Shown: in pieces, positions 25,901 to 38,131 of the stretch
Layout: each line of letters opens with the position of its first letter
Numbering within the stretch: position 1 is the stretch's first letter
Source: the human T2T-CHM13v2.0 reference genome, Homo sapiens
Length of the DNA: 64,000 nucleotides
Assembly: GCF_009914755.1 (NCBI RefSeq)
Contig: NC_060932.1
Strand: one strand, 5' to 3'
Notes under the pieces: model-generated
What the model was told of the DNA's origin: nothing
Seen by the model: the letters and a program-made list of their open reading frames with translations, nothing else
The model's database searches: none
Program-made: the position numbers and the translations under genes

Positions 25901-28900
25901 CTCCATAGTGAAGATCATTCTGAATGGCACTCTACTGGTGAGGGGGTAGAATGAGGCAGACATCAATCTAATTTGAGAAAGTAGAGTCCAGAGGGTTTGA
26001 GAGATCTACCCAAAGTCATAGAGCCGATAGCTGAAGTCCCCAGATCTTCCTTTTTCAATAACCTTTATTTCCTTGATGGATGCTTCATTCACAGGTAATT
26101 CTTAGCCTTCTGCTAAAGCTGGAGCCAATTTCTCAGCAATAGCCAAAACATTTTACTTAGACATGGCCCAGTGTATAGAAACTCACAGTTACATAAAACT
26201 GGTTATATATCAGAGACTATGCTAAGAACTTTTATACATATTATCTGTTTTCCTCTTCACAAGAACTCTGTAAGATGGATTCGATTAATACTCCCATTTT
26301 ACAGGTGAGAAACGGAAAAACACAGTGGTCAGGCAACTTGTTCAAGGTCACATATCTAAGAAAGTGGTCAAACTGGAAACTAAAATTGTCTACCTAACTA
26401 ACTTGAAAACCCATATATTAAACCACTTCACCACACTACCTCTCCACACCAACAGGAAAAAGCAAAACATGATGAAAGTCCACATTTGTTATTTAAAAAC
26501 AGGCACATTTCTATGTCTGATTTAAAAAGATGGTTGCATGCACACATTGGCAACATGAAGTATTTCTGAAATACGAGTTTAAATATGGGGAACACAAATT
26601 GTAAGTACTTGGTACTTTAGTATCTAGGGATAATGATGGTAGCTTTTTATAAATCCATATGTCCTTTCTACAAGTGAAATATCCAACAATGTTTAAGATA
26701 CTTGTGAAATTATTTTTGCACAAGTATTAGCTACTGTTTGTAACACCCTATTAAGAAATTGTTGCTGACAACAGCTAGGACTGAAGAGCCAAACCAGTTC
26801 TTCAGTGATGTTGGTGATGTTCTTGTGGCTGACAGAATACTTATTTCCACAGGTAGCTGTTATAGATTGTGTGTTTCCCATTCAGTTACTCCAAGCTTGT
26901 GAAGGAGAGTGGGCGGAGAAGACAACCTGTAATTCGGGATGGTTTGGAAGCTGGTTGCCTAGGAAACTGAAATGAGCAGCGTAATGCCCACTAAAACCAA
27001 TGTCTACAGGGGATGGGATTTTCCTTTTTGATCCAAGTTGCTTTCCAAATATATATTCTATGCTGCTTGTGGAGCCCAGTTAGGCCGTTGGCCCTTGGTG
27101 GGCAGTTCATGCCAAAGTAGACCAAAGGTTTGTCAGGGAGGATGAGAGATTTTTCATAAATGTTGTGATGACAAAATATTTGAGAGAGGGAATGACGGTG
27201 CAGTTAAAATGAACTTGTAAGAGAATAAGGTGATCAGCAGATGCATATTTTACATGATATAATATGCAATTCTTGATCATAACATCTGCATCTAAATTTA
27301 TGGCAGCAAAACTTTTTAAGCATAATTTTATTTGCTGTAATCTACTGTTCTCTGTTCTTATGCTACTCACACTGGAAGCTTTGCTTTATGGTAATCATCT
27401 TCAAGAGTAACTTTTGGGATTCATAAATCTTTGATGAAAATCATAATTAATTTCCTAGTACTTTATAAATATGTACATTTTTATTAGTAAATGTAACATA
27501 CATATCCACACATATATTTTAGGTATCTATATATGTGTGCATGTATATTTAAGTTGAACCATATAAAATTGCTGATATTAGACCACATAGGACTTATATA
27601 GTTTATCTTATAGACAAATAGAAGAGATCATAGGATACATTTTTGACAGGGGGTAGCAGTATTTTTTGTTGTTTTGCTTGGGTCTCTCATTGTCTCTTTT
27701 CCCATCTTCACTTTTCCCTGTCCTACATCAACCCCATCCTACTCTCACTTTATTCTTGCCCCATAGGCAATCCACATTAACTACCTGGCATGTATCCTTC
27801 ACACTCATTATAAATTATATGTCAATTATGTATGTATGTATGTCAATTATAAATAGATCTGTACATCCGTATTTGTACTAGAGGCAAAGTTCGCATGGAG
27901 GAATCTCAAACTTCCAGATTGTTTATTTCCTGTTGATATCTATAGCCAAATATTCTCCTTCCTGATTTGAAAATATTGCTTATCTCTTTTTTTTGTACTC
28001 ACCCTTAATGAATTTCAGGCTGATTTAAAGTAGTTTCCTCATTTTCTGACATTCATTCACTTGAATTCTATTTCTCTTGTCTGTGCTAGAAACTATTCAC
28101 AAATGATTCAAGCTGTGACATATGGCAGTGTGTCACACAGGTGGGTTAGTAATTCTTTTCTGGTTTTCTACTTTCGCCTCCACAGAATAACTGATTACTT
28201 TGTAAGGTTAAGAGTAAGAATATACGAGAAAAAATACATTGGTTTTTATTCTGCTAACAGTAGACCCAGGATTTCAATGCCTTCACTTGCAAGGAAAAGG
28301 CTCCCCCAGAGCCTCTTAGAGGCTCCAAACTGTGTGAGCAAAGTTAAGGATCAGTAAGAGTGGGGTCATATGAGAAGACCTTAGAATTTATGTTATAGAT
28401 GAGAGTGTTTGAAATCTTAAGATAATAAGAGGTACAGCTACACCACAGATGTGATAGGAGACCTAATAGTCTCATTCTGAACCAAAGGTGACTTCTCCTG
28501 TCACTGCCTATGACAATTGGCATTGAACCCCATCCTCCTTTTAGAGCACAATATTCATTTTATTAGGCCATTGTGAGAGATCTCAGCTCAGCATAATGGG
28601 CAACTTCCCGTGACTCTGGGCCACTGGGTTATTCTGGGACTTAACTACTCTGAGTTTTCTCACTAGAAAGTTAGTGTTCACACAAGGAAAAGGCAACAAG
28701 AACCTGGTGGTCTGGGGTTTACTCCTGTTCTCCAGTCTGCACAACCCCCTCTTTCTCTACCGTTGTGTACATCTTTATAGGTCTTGAAACCTTTTGCCCA
28801 CACACAAATGCCTACTGTTTGTCCAGGCTCTTGCCATAAGGCTATAGTTCTTTCTCTTATTTGGGAAGGAAAGTGCTTTGTATGAAGTAAAATGCTGATT

Positions 28901-29299
28901 CCTAGGAGTTGAGGAGTGTGAGGTCTCCCAGGAGCAACTCAGAGGCTTCCTTCCTCGGAGCTGGAACTGGCATGCCTGATAGGGTTTCCTTGGGTGAATC
29001 CTTGATCCTTAGTAGAGGGTACCTTGGCCAGGAAGAACAAAGCTCACTCTGGTTCTTGTATTTTGGAGGGCTGTTATTTACGTAGAAGCAGAGTCTGTCC
29101 TTCTCTTGCCAATCAAAAGGATTTCAAAGCTGCTGTACCAAGAACTGTTTTCAGATTACTGGTTTCAGAAACTATTGACCCTTGTCCTCCCTTTCAATAG
29201 TGAAATCCCAAAATGGTCCTAGGAGAGACAAGTAAATTCTGACAGCTGCTTAGAGGTCATCTTAGAACTAAATTCCAAAGAAATAATTTTAGGCTGATA

Positions 29300-29757
29300 A
29301 AGAGTCCAGAAAAAGGAGGAGGGAGAGAAAAAGAAAGAATTAGTTTAGTGTAGCGAATGGTAGCTATTTGCAGCTCACCCACGTGTGCTCCGAAGGTCAA
29401 AACCCTACATCAGCAATTTGTAGCAAGCTCTTGAGCTCCTCTACCTCTTAGAAAGCACAATTGAATCAGATATCATATGAAAGACATACACACTTCATGT
29501 AATGCTACCTGCAAGTCTCCCTAGAAAAGCAGTTTTTGTAGGTGAAAACAATGAAGCCAGGTAATATTGCAAGGAGGCTGTAATTTTAGCAGACCTACCA
29601 ACAACACTGATGTAGGAAGCTCATTATTTTAATTTCTGGAGCCTTTTAATTTTTTCTTTAGAAAGTGTATAAATAATTGCAGTGCTGCTTTGCTTCCAAA
29701 ACTGGGCAGTGAGTTCAACAACAACGACAACAACAGCCGCAGCTCATCCTGGCCGTC
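29300..29757 (+). promoter_or_regulatory. SLC30A8: Proximal promoter / 5' UTR of the full-length ZnT8 transcript
   Basis: Immediately upstream of the ATG. TATAAATA at 29668-29675, E-box CACGTG at 29380-29385, no CpG island. The exact TSS cannot be determined from sequence. Confidence 0.6.
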
Positions 29758-29828
29758 ATGGAGTTTCTTGAAAGAACGTATCTTGTGAATGATAAAGCTG
29801 CCAAGATGTATGCTTTCACACTAGAAAG
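29758..29828 (+). CDS. SLC30A8: ZnT8 coding exon 1 (71 nt; [24 protein letters not shown])
   Basis: ATG in a strong context (gccgtcATGG). Donor AG|gtaata at 29829. Confidence 0.97.
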
Positions 29829-31844
29829 GTAATAGATGTCTGTGTCTGCTTCACAATTTTCTCTGTTGAATATCATCCAATTCCTATACCTTGTTGCTTC
29901 TGAATTGTAGGCCTTTACTCTGCAACTTGGGGGCACTCTGGAACATTTTATAAGTTGTTGACTGACATGTATTTTATATTCTGAAAAATGCAATACTTTA
30001 TATAGTTGATTTGATTCCTTAAATATCCTAAGTGCATAAAGAACACATTTTACTGATGTGTTTTTCATCTGTCATGTTTATTCCAGAAAATAGACCTATA
30101 TAATCTGTTTACTTTTCCTTTTCTCAATTATTCTCAATTTTAAGATAGATAGTAAATTTTATTATATTATATTTAGAAAAAGTTAAGACTTCAGCTACAT
30201 GGCAAAATTGTGGTTGTATTGATCTTAAAATGAGCTGTTGTTTTCATGCTTATAAAGTATCATTATTAATATACATACCTATAACAAATATAGCTGATTT
30301 TAATGTTCTACAAAGTATTCCATTTCTTTTTAATGTCTCCCACAGTGTCACATGCAATACATTCATTCATTTTTCACTTGGTTAACAATTATTGATTGAA
30401 CACACCTGTAGTAAGTGCAGAACTTATAATGAGAAAGAAAAAAATGTCTAGTTTCAGATCTTTGTCCTCTTGAAACTTAGTCTAATGTGAAATACATATT
30501 AGAACTAGGCAATTACAAAACAGTGTATTTGTGTCATATTGAGGGTGTTCAATAAGAATAACTGGACTTTGGAATCAGAGGAAGCTTTCTCAGAAGTAAT
30601 AGGCTAAGAGCTAAAAATAAAAAGGAATTAAAGTAGGGTTAGGGATAACCTACATAGAAAATAGTTTTAAGGAAAGTTTCCCAGACTTCGATAATTGCAC
30701 AGTAAATATACTTTCACATACATAAGAATGTGAGCTTGGTTTGTTTGAGGAGTTGAATCTGAATGGGGTTCAAAAAAGGAACACATTCAGTGAATATAAA
30801 TGAGCTAATGAAAATCTGAAAAGAATTGATGTTAGAAGAAGAATTTAAGAGAATACTTGCCCATTAATAATACGTGTAATGTTCTTGTTTGTTTCACAAA
30901 GCCAAACTAATATTCTAAGGAGTAGTGATACTATGTTTGGGAGCATCAAATATTTTAGTAACAGCAAAGAGATTTTATAAAAAGGATATTTATAACTTGG
31001 CTTAAAACAAAGAATCTAGCAATCTCACATTAGAAGAATTATTTTTCTTAGAAAATAATATTAGATATGATGTATTGAGGTTATTAACATAAAAAACAAA
31101 GCCTTGTGGTAAGTCAGGCAGAAGTTTTGGACAAAAAATTGTTAACCCTATGGATACTATCAATAGAGCATCTCCACATTACTGAAATAACAATATTTCC
31201 CTTCTTATTAACATAGACTATTAGCATTTTGTTGCACAAATAAGCCAACCACTTATAGTTACAAAGTCTCATTCACCCCATAAATAGGTATGGTTTTCAG
31301 GACACAGTGTTTATAAGAATTGTCAAACTCATTTGTATTTTCTTGTCAAGGGAAATAAATTAAATCTGGAAGAGATTATTTATCTCGATCCCTCATTTTA
31401 CCATGTAGGAAACTGAATGCCAGATAGAACAAATGCCTTTCTTGAGGTCAGAATAAATGTGTTTCTTGAGGGCAGATGGCTAATTACAACAGAACTGGGC
31501 TGTGGACCCAGGCCCCCTTCTTGTTAATTTAGTGTTCCCCTTCTCCGTCTACATCTCCTGTACCCATACATGCACCATGTGGGCTCCTGAATCCTTAATC
31601 TATCTCCTCCTTAGGTCACATGTCCCTGAATTCCCTCACTTACTCACTTCTTCCCCCACCTCTACCAATCTATCTCATTTATTTTGTTCTGTCTCTATTA
31701 GTTGTGGATAACTTTATCCCCTGATATTCCTCCTTCTACCTCTTTTTCTTTCTACTTTCTATTATCAGCTTTCTATTTAAATGGTTACTGGCTGTTAAGA
31801 AACTTACTCTGAAGAAAACTTTATTATCTAATTCCACAAATGGA

Positions 31845-32320
31845 GTGTTCCATTTATCTATGGCTGTGCAACAAACTACCCCAAGATGTAGTGGCTTAAA
31901 CAACAACTATTTTATTACGATTCTCTGGGTCAGGATTTGGGCAGCATTCCATGTGAATTAGTTGGAATAGAAGGCTGCATTCTGCTGGTATCTGGGCTAG
32001 GCTAGAAGGTTTAAGATGGCTTCACTCACATGACTGAGATCTTTGTGTTGGCTTTTGCCTGGGGCGGGGGTCTTAATTCTTCTTCCCATGGCTTCTCTCC
32101 CTGTATGATGTCTCACTTTATCTGGTTAGCCTGGAATTCCTTATGTGACAGTCCAGAGTAGCAAGAGAGCAATAGTGGAAGCTGACCATTCTCAGATAGC
32201 TTAAGCCCAGAACTGGCACAGTATCATTTTTATCACAATTTATGGGTTAAAGCAAGTCCCAAGTCTCAGATTCCATGGGTGAGGCAATAGATTCTATCTC
32301 TTGATTGCATGTGCATATTG
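31845..32320 (-). mobile_element. MLT1 (F/G-like) MaLR LTR
   Basis: ctatggctgtgcaacaaactacccca...gtggcttaaacaacaa...aagatggcttcactcacatg...aagcaagtc. Confidence 0.7.
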
Positions 32321-32639
32321 GATGACAGGAATTGCTGGAGGTAATCTTTACAGGCATTTTACCACAGGAAGTAGTAATATTGGACCCAGTAGGTGCCATG
32401 AACCATATTTTTTTACCCTCTCCATTCTCTCCAAATCTGTTTCATTGGTGGGATTCTCTGGGCTTTGGGTTCATTGTAGCAAAAAAAAAAAAAAAAAAAA
32501 GAAAAAGAAAAAAAAAAGTCGTGTAAAGTTGAACTACAACACGAAAAACAATCAATGTTTTTCTTGGTGCTAGGTGGAAGGGATCAAGTTTCTCTTTTCC
32601 CCAAGCCATATGTTGAAGAAGTGCAGAGGAAGTAAGGGC

Positions 32640-35600
32640 AGGAATAGATGGTAGAGGTAAACTGCTAGAACCTTTACAACAACTATTTAACTGCTAAAAA
32701 TTATAAAAAAGAAATGAAAATCTCTGGAAGTTGTCTTAAGGGCATGCAGAAAATTAATAATTATTTATTCAAGAAAATCTAAATCTCAGTAAGAAGTGAG
32801 CGTCTATGGCATTTGAGCCAAGATCTGCTCCATTAACCTCTGTTCTTCCCAAGCTCAGTATGATGAGAGCTCAACTCTGAGTGGATGTAGCCAAAAGACT
32901 GGGCTCCCTCTCCTCCCAGCTTCCAGTTAAAGATCATAGTTCACCCCTAGAGCAAAAGGCTGTTGGAATCTCTTATTGTCCCAGCTTCAGGTTGCAGAAA
33001 TTCTATTCATTGTAGACAGGACCAAGAGGACTATGGTTTCCTTCCTCTACCCAGCCTCCTCTCATAGGGTATAATCTCTAGCCCAGGAGCAGCAAGGTCC
33101 TGAATATCCCTGCCCTGGATCACTCATAGTGTATAGGATGTATTCCAGGAGGCATAAGCAAAAAAGACTAGGGACTACGATCCGTATTCAGTGCTCCACT
33201 TGTGGAGCAAGAGTATTGCTCCAGGAGAAGTAGGTCACTGTCTCTTCTGCCAGCTCTGGTGCAGTGGTGTAAAGGTACTACTCATAGGAGAGGCAGGCCA
33301 TAAGAATAGAGGGCTATGTATCTTTCCCTTAGAAGACTGATGATACATAAGCTGGAATTTTATTTGTAAGACAGCATAGGGTATTTCAAGCATAGGGACA
33401 CTGTTGAAAACAATGAAGATTCTTCTGGTGGACAATTAAGAGTAGGCTTGTTGCTTCATGATAGCAACAAGATAGTGGCAGACCAGCTAGAAGTTAAGCA
33501 AAGACAGGCAGAAAAAGAGGTAAAAAATGCCCTCTTGGATTTGGCACTAGCCACAAAATTTGGCCTCAAATATTACCCCTATAAAGAAGCCTGTTATAGA
33601 TTGAATGTTTATGTCCCCCACAATTATATGTTGAAGCACAAATGCCAGTGTGGCTGTATTTGGAGATAGGGCCTCTAAGGAAGTAATTAAGGTTAATTGG
33701 GGTTATAAGAGTGGGGTCCTGATCTGACAGAATTAATGTTCTTATAAGAAGAGACTCCAGATAGCTCACTCTCTCTCTCTTTTTGGGTGCACACACTAAG
33801 GAAAGACCACGCGAGGAAGTAACGAAAAGGCAAGCATCTATTAGCCAGAAAGAGAACCCTCACCAGTGAATTTGCTAGCAGCTTGATTATGGACTTCCAT
33901 CCTCTGGAGCTGTGAGAAAATACATTTTTGTTGTTTAAGCCACACAGTCTGTGGTATGTTGTTATAGTAGCTGAAGCAGACAAATTTAATTGGATCAGAT
34001 TGTTGGTCAATTCATACCTCAGGGTATTATTGAAAACCATAGAGCAACAATTCAGCAAACAATTAAGAAGGCCAAAATCTGGGTGTGATACCAACACAGG
34101 CAGAACAATCACTTAACAGTGAGATAGTGGAAAGAAACAGTCAAAGTGAACACTACTAAAATGATTATTATCCCTTGGAAATGGGAGAGGATAAGAAAGA
34201 CTGCATCTACCCAATGATGCACCTTCTGAGGAATGGCAACAGAGGCTGCGCATGCAGGGAAAGTCAGACAACATCTGGTAAAAAAAAAAAAAAAAAAAGT
34301 AGAAACAGTCCAGGTGTTGTATTTAGAATTTGAATATTTCAAAACAGCTATTATAACTAGGTTAAAAGAATTAAAGAAAATCAAAGAACAAAGAATTAAA
34401 GATAGATATGATTTAAAATGTCTCATAAAATTGAGAATATCAATGAAGAGTTAGAAATTATTTTTTAAAAAAGAACCAGATGAAAATTCTGAAGTTGAAA
34501 AGTACAATAAATGAAATTAAAAATTCACTAGAGGGGTTCAACAGTAGAGCTGTACTCATAGAAGCTGGCAGAAGAAAGAATCACTGAACTTGAAGATAGA
34601 TTGGAAGATATTATGCAACATGAAAAACAGAGAAAATAGAATGAAGTAAAAAAATCAACAGAGCCTCAGAGAAATGTGGTACATTGTTAAATGCATTAAC
34701 ATATTCATAATAAGAGGGCCAGAAGGAGAGAGAAAAAGGAGCAGAAAAACAGTCAAAGAAATAGTGGCCCCAAACTTCTGAAGTTTGTTGAATATTAATC
34801 TACACATTCATGATGGTCAACAAACTCTAAGAAGAATCAAGCAAATAGATTTACATGCTTGCACATTACAGTAAAACTATTAAAAGCAAAACACAAATAA
34901 AAAACCTTGAAAGCAGCAAGAGAAAAAAGAAAAGATTCATTATGTATGAGAGCATCCTGATCAGATTAACAGCCAACTTCTACCAGAAGCAAAGGAGGAT
35001 GGCAGTGAGATGACATTTAAAGCTGTAAAAGAAAAAGAAATTCCTATCAACCAATAATCTTACATCTACCTAAACTATATTCCTAAAATAAAGATGAAAT
35101 AAAGACAAACAAAATCTAAGATAATTTGTTGCTGGATTCACTTTACAAAAATCAGTAAAGAAAGCAATAGTAAAGGAAGAAATATTAAAGAAAACAAATG
35201 ACACCAGATATTAAGTTGAATCATTCCTAAAAAATAATAGCACCAATAAAGGTAATAATGTGGGTAATTATAAAAGACAAATGATTTGTTCTCCTTTTTC
35301 CTCTTAACAGATTTAATAGTAAACTGCATGAAATAAAATGTATATAATCTTAGATGAAATGGATAAATTCATAGAAAGACACCGACTACCATATGAACTT
35401 AAGAAGAAATAGAAAATCTGATAAGTAAAGATATTGAATTATTAATAAATTTCATAAAACCTTACACAAAGAAAGCCCAAGTCCAGATGTCCTCACTGGT
35501 GATTTCTACCAAAATTTAAAATAGAATTAATATTAACTCATCACAAATTCTTCCCCAAAATAGAAGAGGTGTAAATACACTTCCCAACTCATTTTATGAG

Positions 35601-36255
35601 GTCAATATTCTGCTGATAGCAAAAAAGGAGGAAATATCACAGGAAAATAAAACTACAGAACAATATCCCTTATGAATACAGATGCAGTAATCCTTGAAAA
35701 GACTAATGAACTGAATCCAGCAACATATAAAATTACGAACAATGATAAAATGGGATTTATCCCAGTAATGCAAGCTTAATTTAACATCTGAAATACAAAG
35801 TGATACAACATATTAATAGGATACAGAACAAAGCTCACATGATTATCTCACTAGATGCAGAAAACGAATGGACAAAATTCAACACCCTTTAATTATATAA
35901 ACACCTGTGAAACTAGAAATAGAACGAAACTTCTTCAAAAGCATCCATGAAAAACTTGCAGCTCATATCATAATTTTTTTCAATAGGTTTTTTGGGAACA
36001 GGTGGTGTTTGGTTACATGGATAAGCTCTTTAGTGGTGATTTCTGAGATTTTGAAGCACCCATCACCTGAGCAGTGTACACTGTACCAATGTGCAGTCTT
36101 TTATCATAATTATGGTGAAAGCCTGAAAACTTTCCCCTAAAATCAGGTACAAGATAAGGATGTCCACTTCAATGAGTTCTACTCAACGTGGTACTGTGTG
36201 TTCTAGCCAGAGCAATTGGGAAGACAACAAAATAAAAGACATTCAGACTGGAAAT
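32640..36255 (+). mobile_element. Old L1M element: 5' region, decayed ORF1 (approx. 34330-35330) and ORF2 RT-region fragment, with nested insertions
   Basis: ORF1-like aaaattcactagaggggttcaacagtaga. ORF2-like ttagatgaaatggataaattc, cttcccaactcattttatgagg, gatgcagaaaa, ctttcccctaaaatcagg. Confidence 0.8.
33592..33986 (+). mobile_element. MLT1A-type MaLR LTR nested in the L1
   Basis: tgttatagattgaatgtttatgtccccc...tttggagatagggcctctaagg...tgttgtttaagccacacagtctgtggta. Confidence 0.8.
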
Positions 36256-36559
36256 AATTTAATAATCTGTGCATTCATCTTGTTCCAGTTACACTTTGAA
36301 GTGGTTTATATGAATTAGCTAAAAATCTCTCAAGCAGCCTATGAGAGTGATGCTATCATTATTCCTATTTTCAGATGGGGAAATTGAGGCACAGAGAGGT
36401 TAAGTAATTTTCTTACAGTCATATGACTAGTGAGTGGTAAGGGTGGGAGTTCAACTGAGGTGGTGGGTTGCCAGAGCCCAAGCTCTCAGCCTCTATACTG
36501 CACTGCCTGCCACTCAGCCCCATCTTGGGAATTGGCATGCCCTTCTCCAGGTTACTCTA

Positions 36560-37380
36560 ACCAGAAACCAACAAGTCATCTTTGAGTTGCACCTCTCTAT
36601 TATTCCCCCTTAACTACTGTTATTTATTAGCAAGTCCTATTGACTCCACCTCCCAAAAGTCCCTCAAATATGACTACTTCTTTCTATTTTTATTGTCACC
36701 ACGTGGGTCAAAGCCACCAATGTGTTGGCTGTAGTCACCTCCTAAGGGTTTCTATGTTTTGATCTTTTACACTCTAGTCTTCCAGGCAGCACCCAAAGTG
36801 ATCATTTTAGAAATGTGAACCATGTAATGTTACTTCCCAGCTCAAAACTTTCCAAATTTTTCCTTTTAGACCTTGAATTAAATTAAACTCTTTATAATGG
36901 CCTGAAGTGTTCTGCAAAATCTGATCCCTTTTTTGACCTCTTTATATTTCACTCTTTCTTTACGCCACAGGGGACACCTATGTAGTTTTCTTTCTGTTCA
37001 AGACAAGCACTTGAACAAGAAAATCCTTCTTGTCTTTGGGCATTTGCTCCAGCAATGCCCTCTACTTGGGATAGCCTTCACTCACATAGGTTTTCTCCTG
37101 GTAATTCTATAACTTGCTGCTGAGATATCACCTCCACAGCGGTGCCTTTCCTTCCCACACAATTTAAGGTAGTTCATCTTCCCTTGCCTTCTCACCATTC
37201 ATCATACTATATAGCCTCTGTTACTATTGATTCATTTACTCTTTGTCTCCCTCTACTAAAATACAAGATCTTTAAAGAAGGAACTTTGTTTTTCTCATAC
37301 AACATGGTATCATTAACACTTCTGATGGTGCAGGCCCTTTTTAGGTATGCAGTAAATATTTAATGATGAATGAATGAAAT
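36560..37380 (-). mobile_element. L2 3' fragment (adjacent MIR at approx. 36320-36500)
   Basis: Pyrimidine-rich L2 motifs ending taaatatttaatgatgaatgaatgaa. Confidence 0.65.
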
Positions 37381-38082
37381 GTTAGACATTCATGGTGAGG
37401 CTGAAGCTTTTATCTCCCCTTCTAACAGGAATAGTGATTTGAGGTTCTTGGGAAAATTGATATGAAAGTACAAAAGCAAAGTGATTTTTATGTGCTCAAC
37501 ATTTGAAATAAGAGGATAAAAAAATACAAATTTTACCAACATTATTTTGGAGATAGAAGCAAAGTTCTACCACTCAACAAAAAAACATTAAAAAATAAAA
37601 GCTTCTCCAAGATTGCAAAAATAAAGTCCCATTTTCTAAATCCCATTTTTGGAGATGAAATCAAAGTTTTAGAGTACTGGCATCAAATTTTCTAATATTT
37701 CTGTACTTTTTCATCTCTTTTTCTCCGTCTTTTTTCTCTTTGATGCTACAGTAAATTTCTTTGGCCTATTATTCCTAATTTTTAAAGCTTTGGCCATATT
37801 TGAATGCATGGGAATCTTCCAGGATTTATTCATTAACAGCAGATTCACAATTCAGTGTTTGTTGCATCATAGCATTTGCTTTTTATAACTTTCTTCTTAA
37901 AATAATACTTAAAATTCACATCATTGTTCTGATCAAGAGCCTGTTCTGCATCTAGAGATACTTAGATGACTTGACTTTAATGAGATGATAAGGAATATAT
38001 CTTAACTTTGGTTTTTAACTTCTTTGAGGTCACAGGCTCTTTTGGGAGCCAAGTGAAGACTGTGTACTCTTGCCTCTCCCAT

Positions 38083-38085
<3 letters not shown>

Positions 38086-38125
<40 letters not shown>
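38086..38125 (+). repeat. (AC)~20 microsatellite
   Basis: Direct reading. Confidence 0.95.

Positions 38126-38131
<6 letters not shown>

Noticed and set aside
22884-27541. Metal-response-element cores TGCRCNC (22885, 26539, 27535 reverse)
   Set aside because: 7-bp cores in TG/CA-rich context, scattered and far from the promoter; no enrichment evident.
417-29000. Numerous 60-125 aa ORFs upstream of SLC30A8
   Set aside because: Many have non-ATG starts or low-complexity F/L/I-rich composition and overlap repeats. No recognisable domains or consistent splice structure; expected by chance.
29715-30068. 117-aa antisense ORF over exon 1 ending in CGCCCRCC
   Set aside because: The Cys run is just the reverse reading of the (CAA)n UTR tract; there is no evidence of a metallothionein-like gene.
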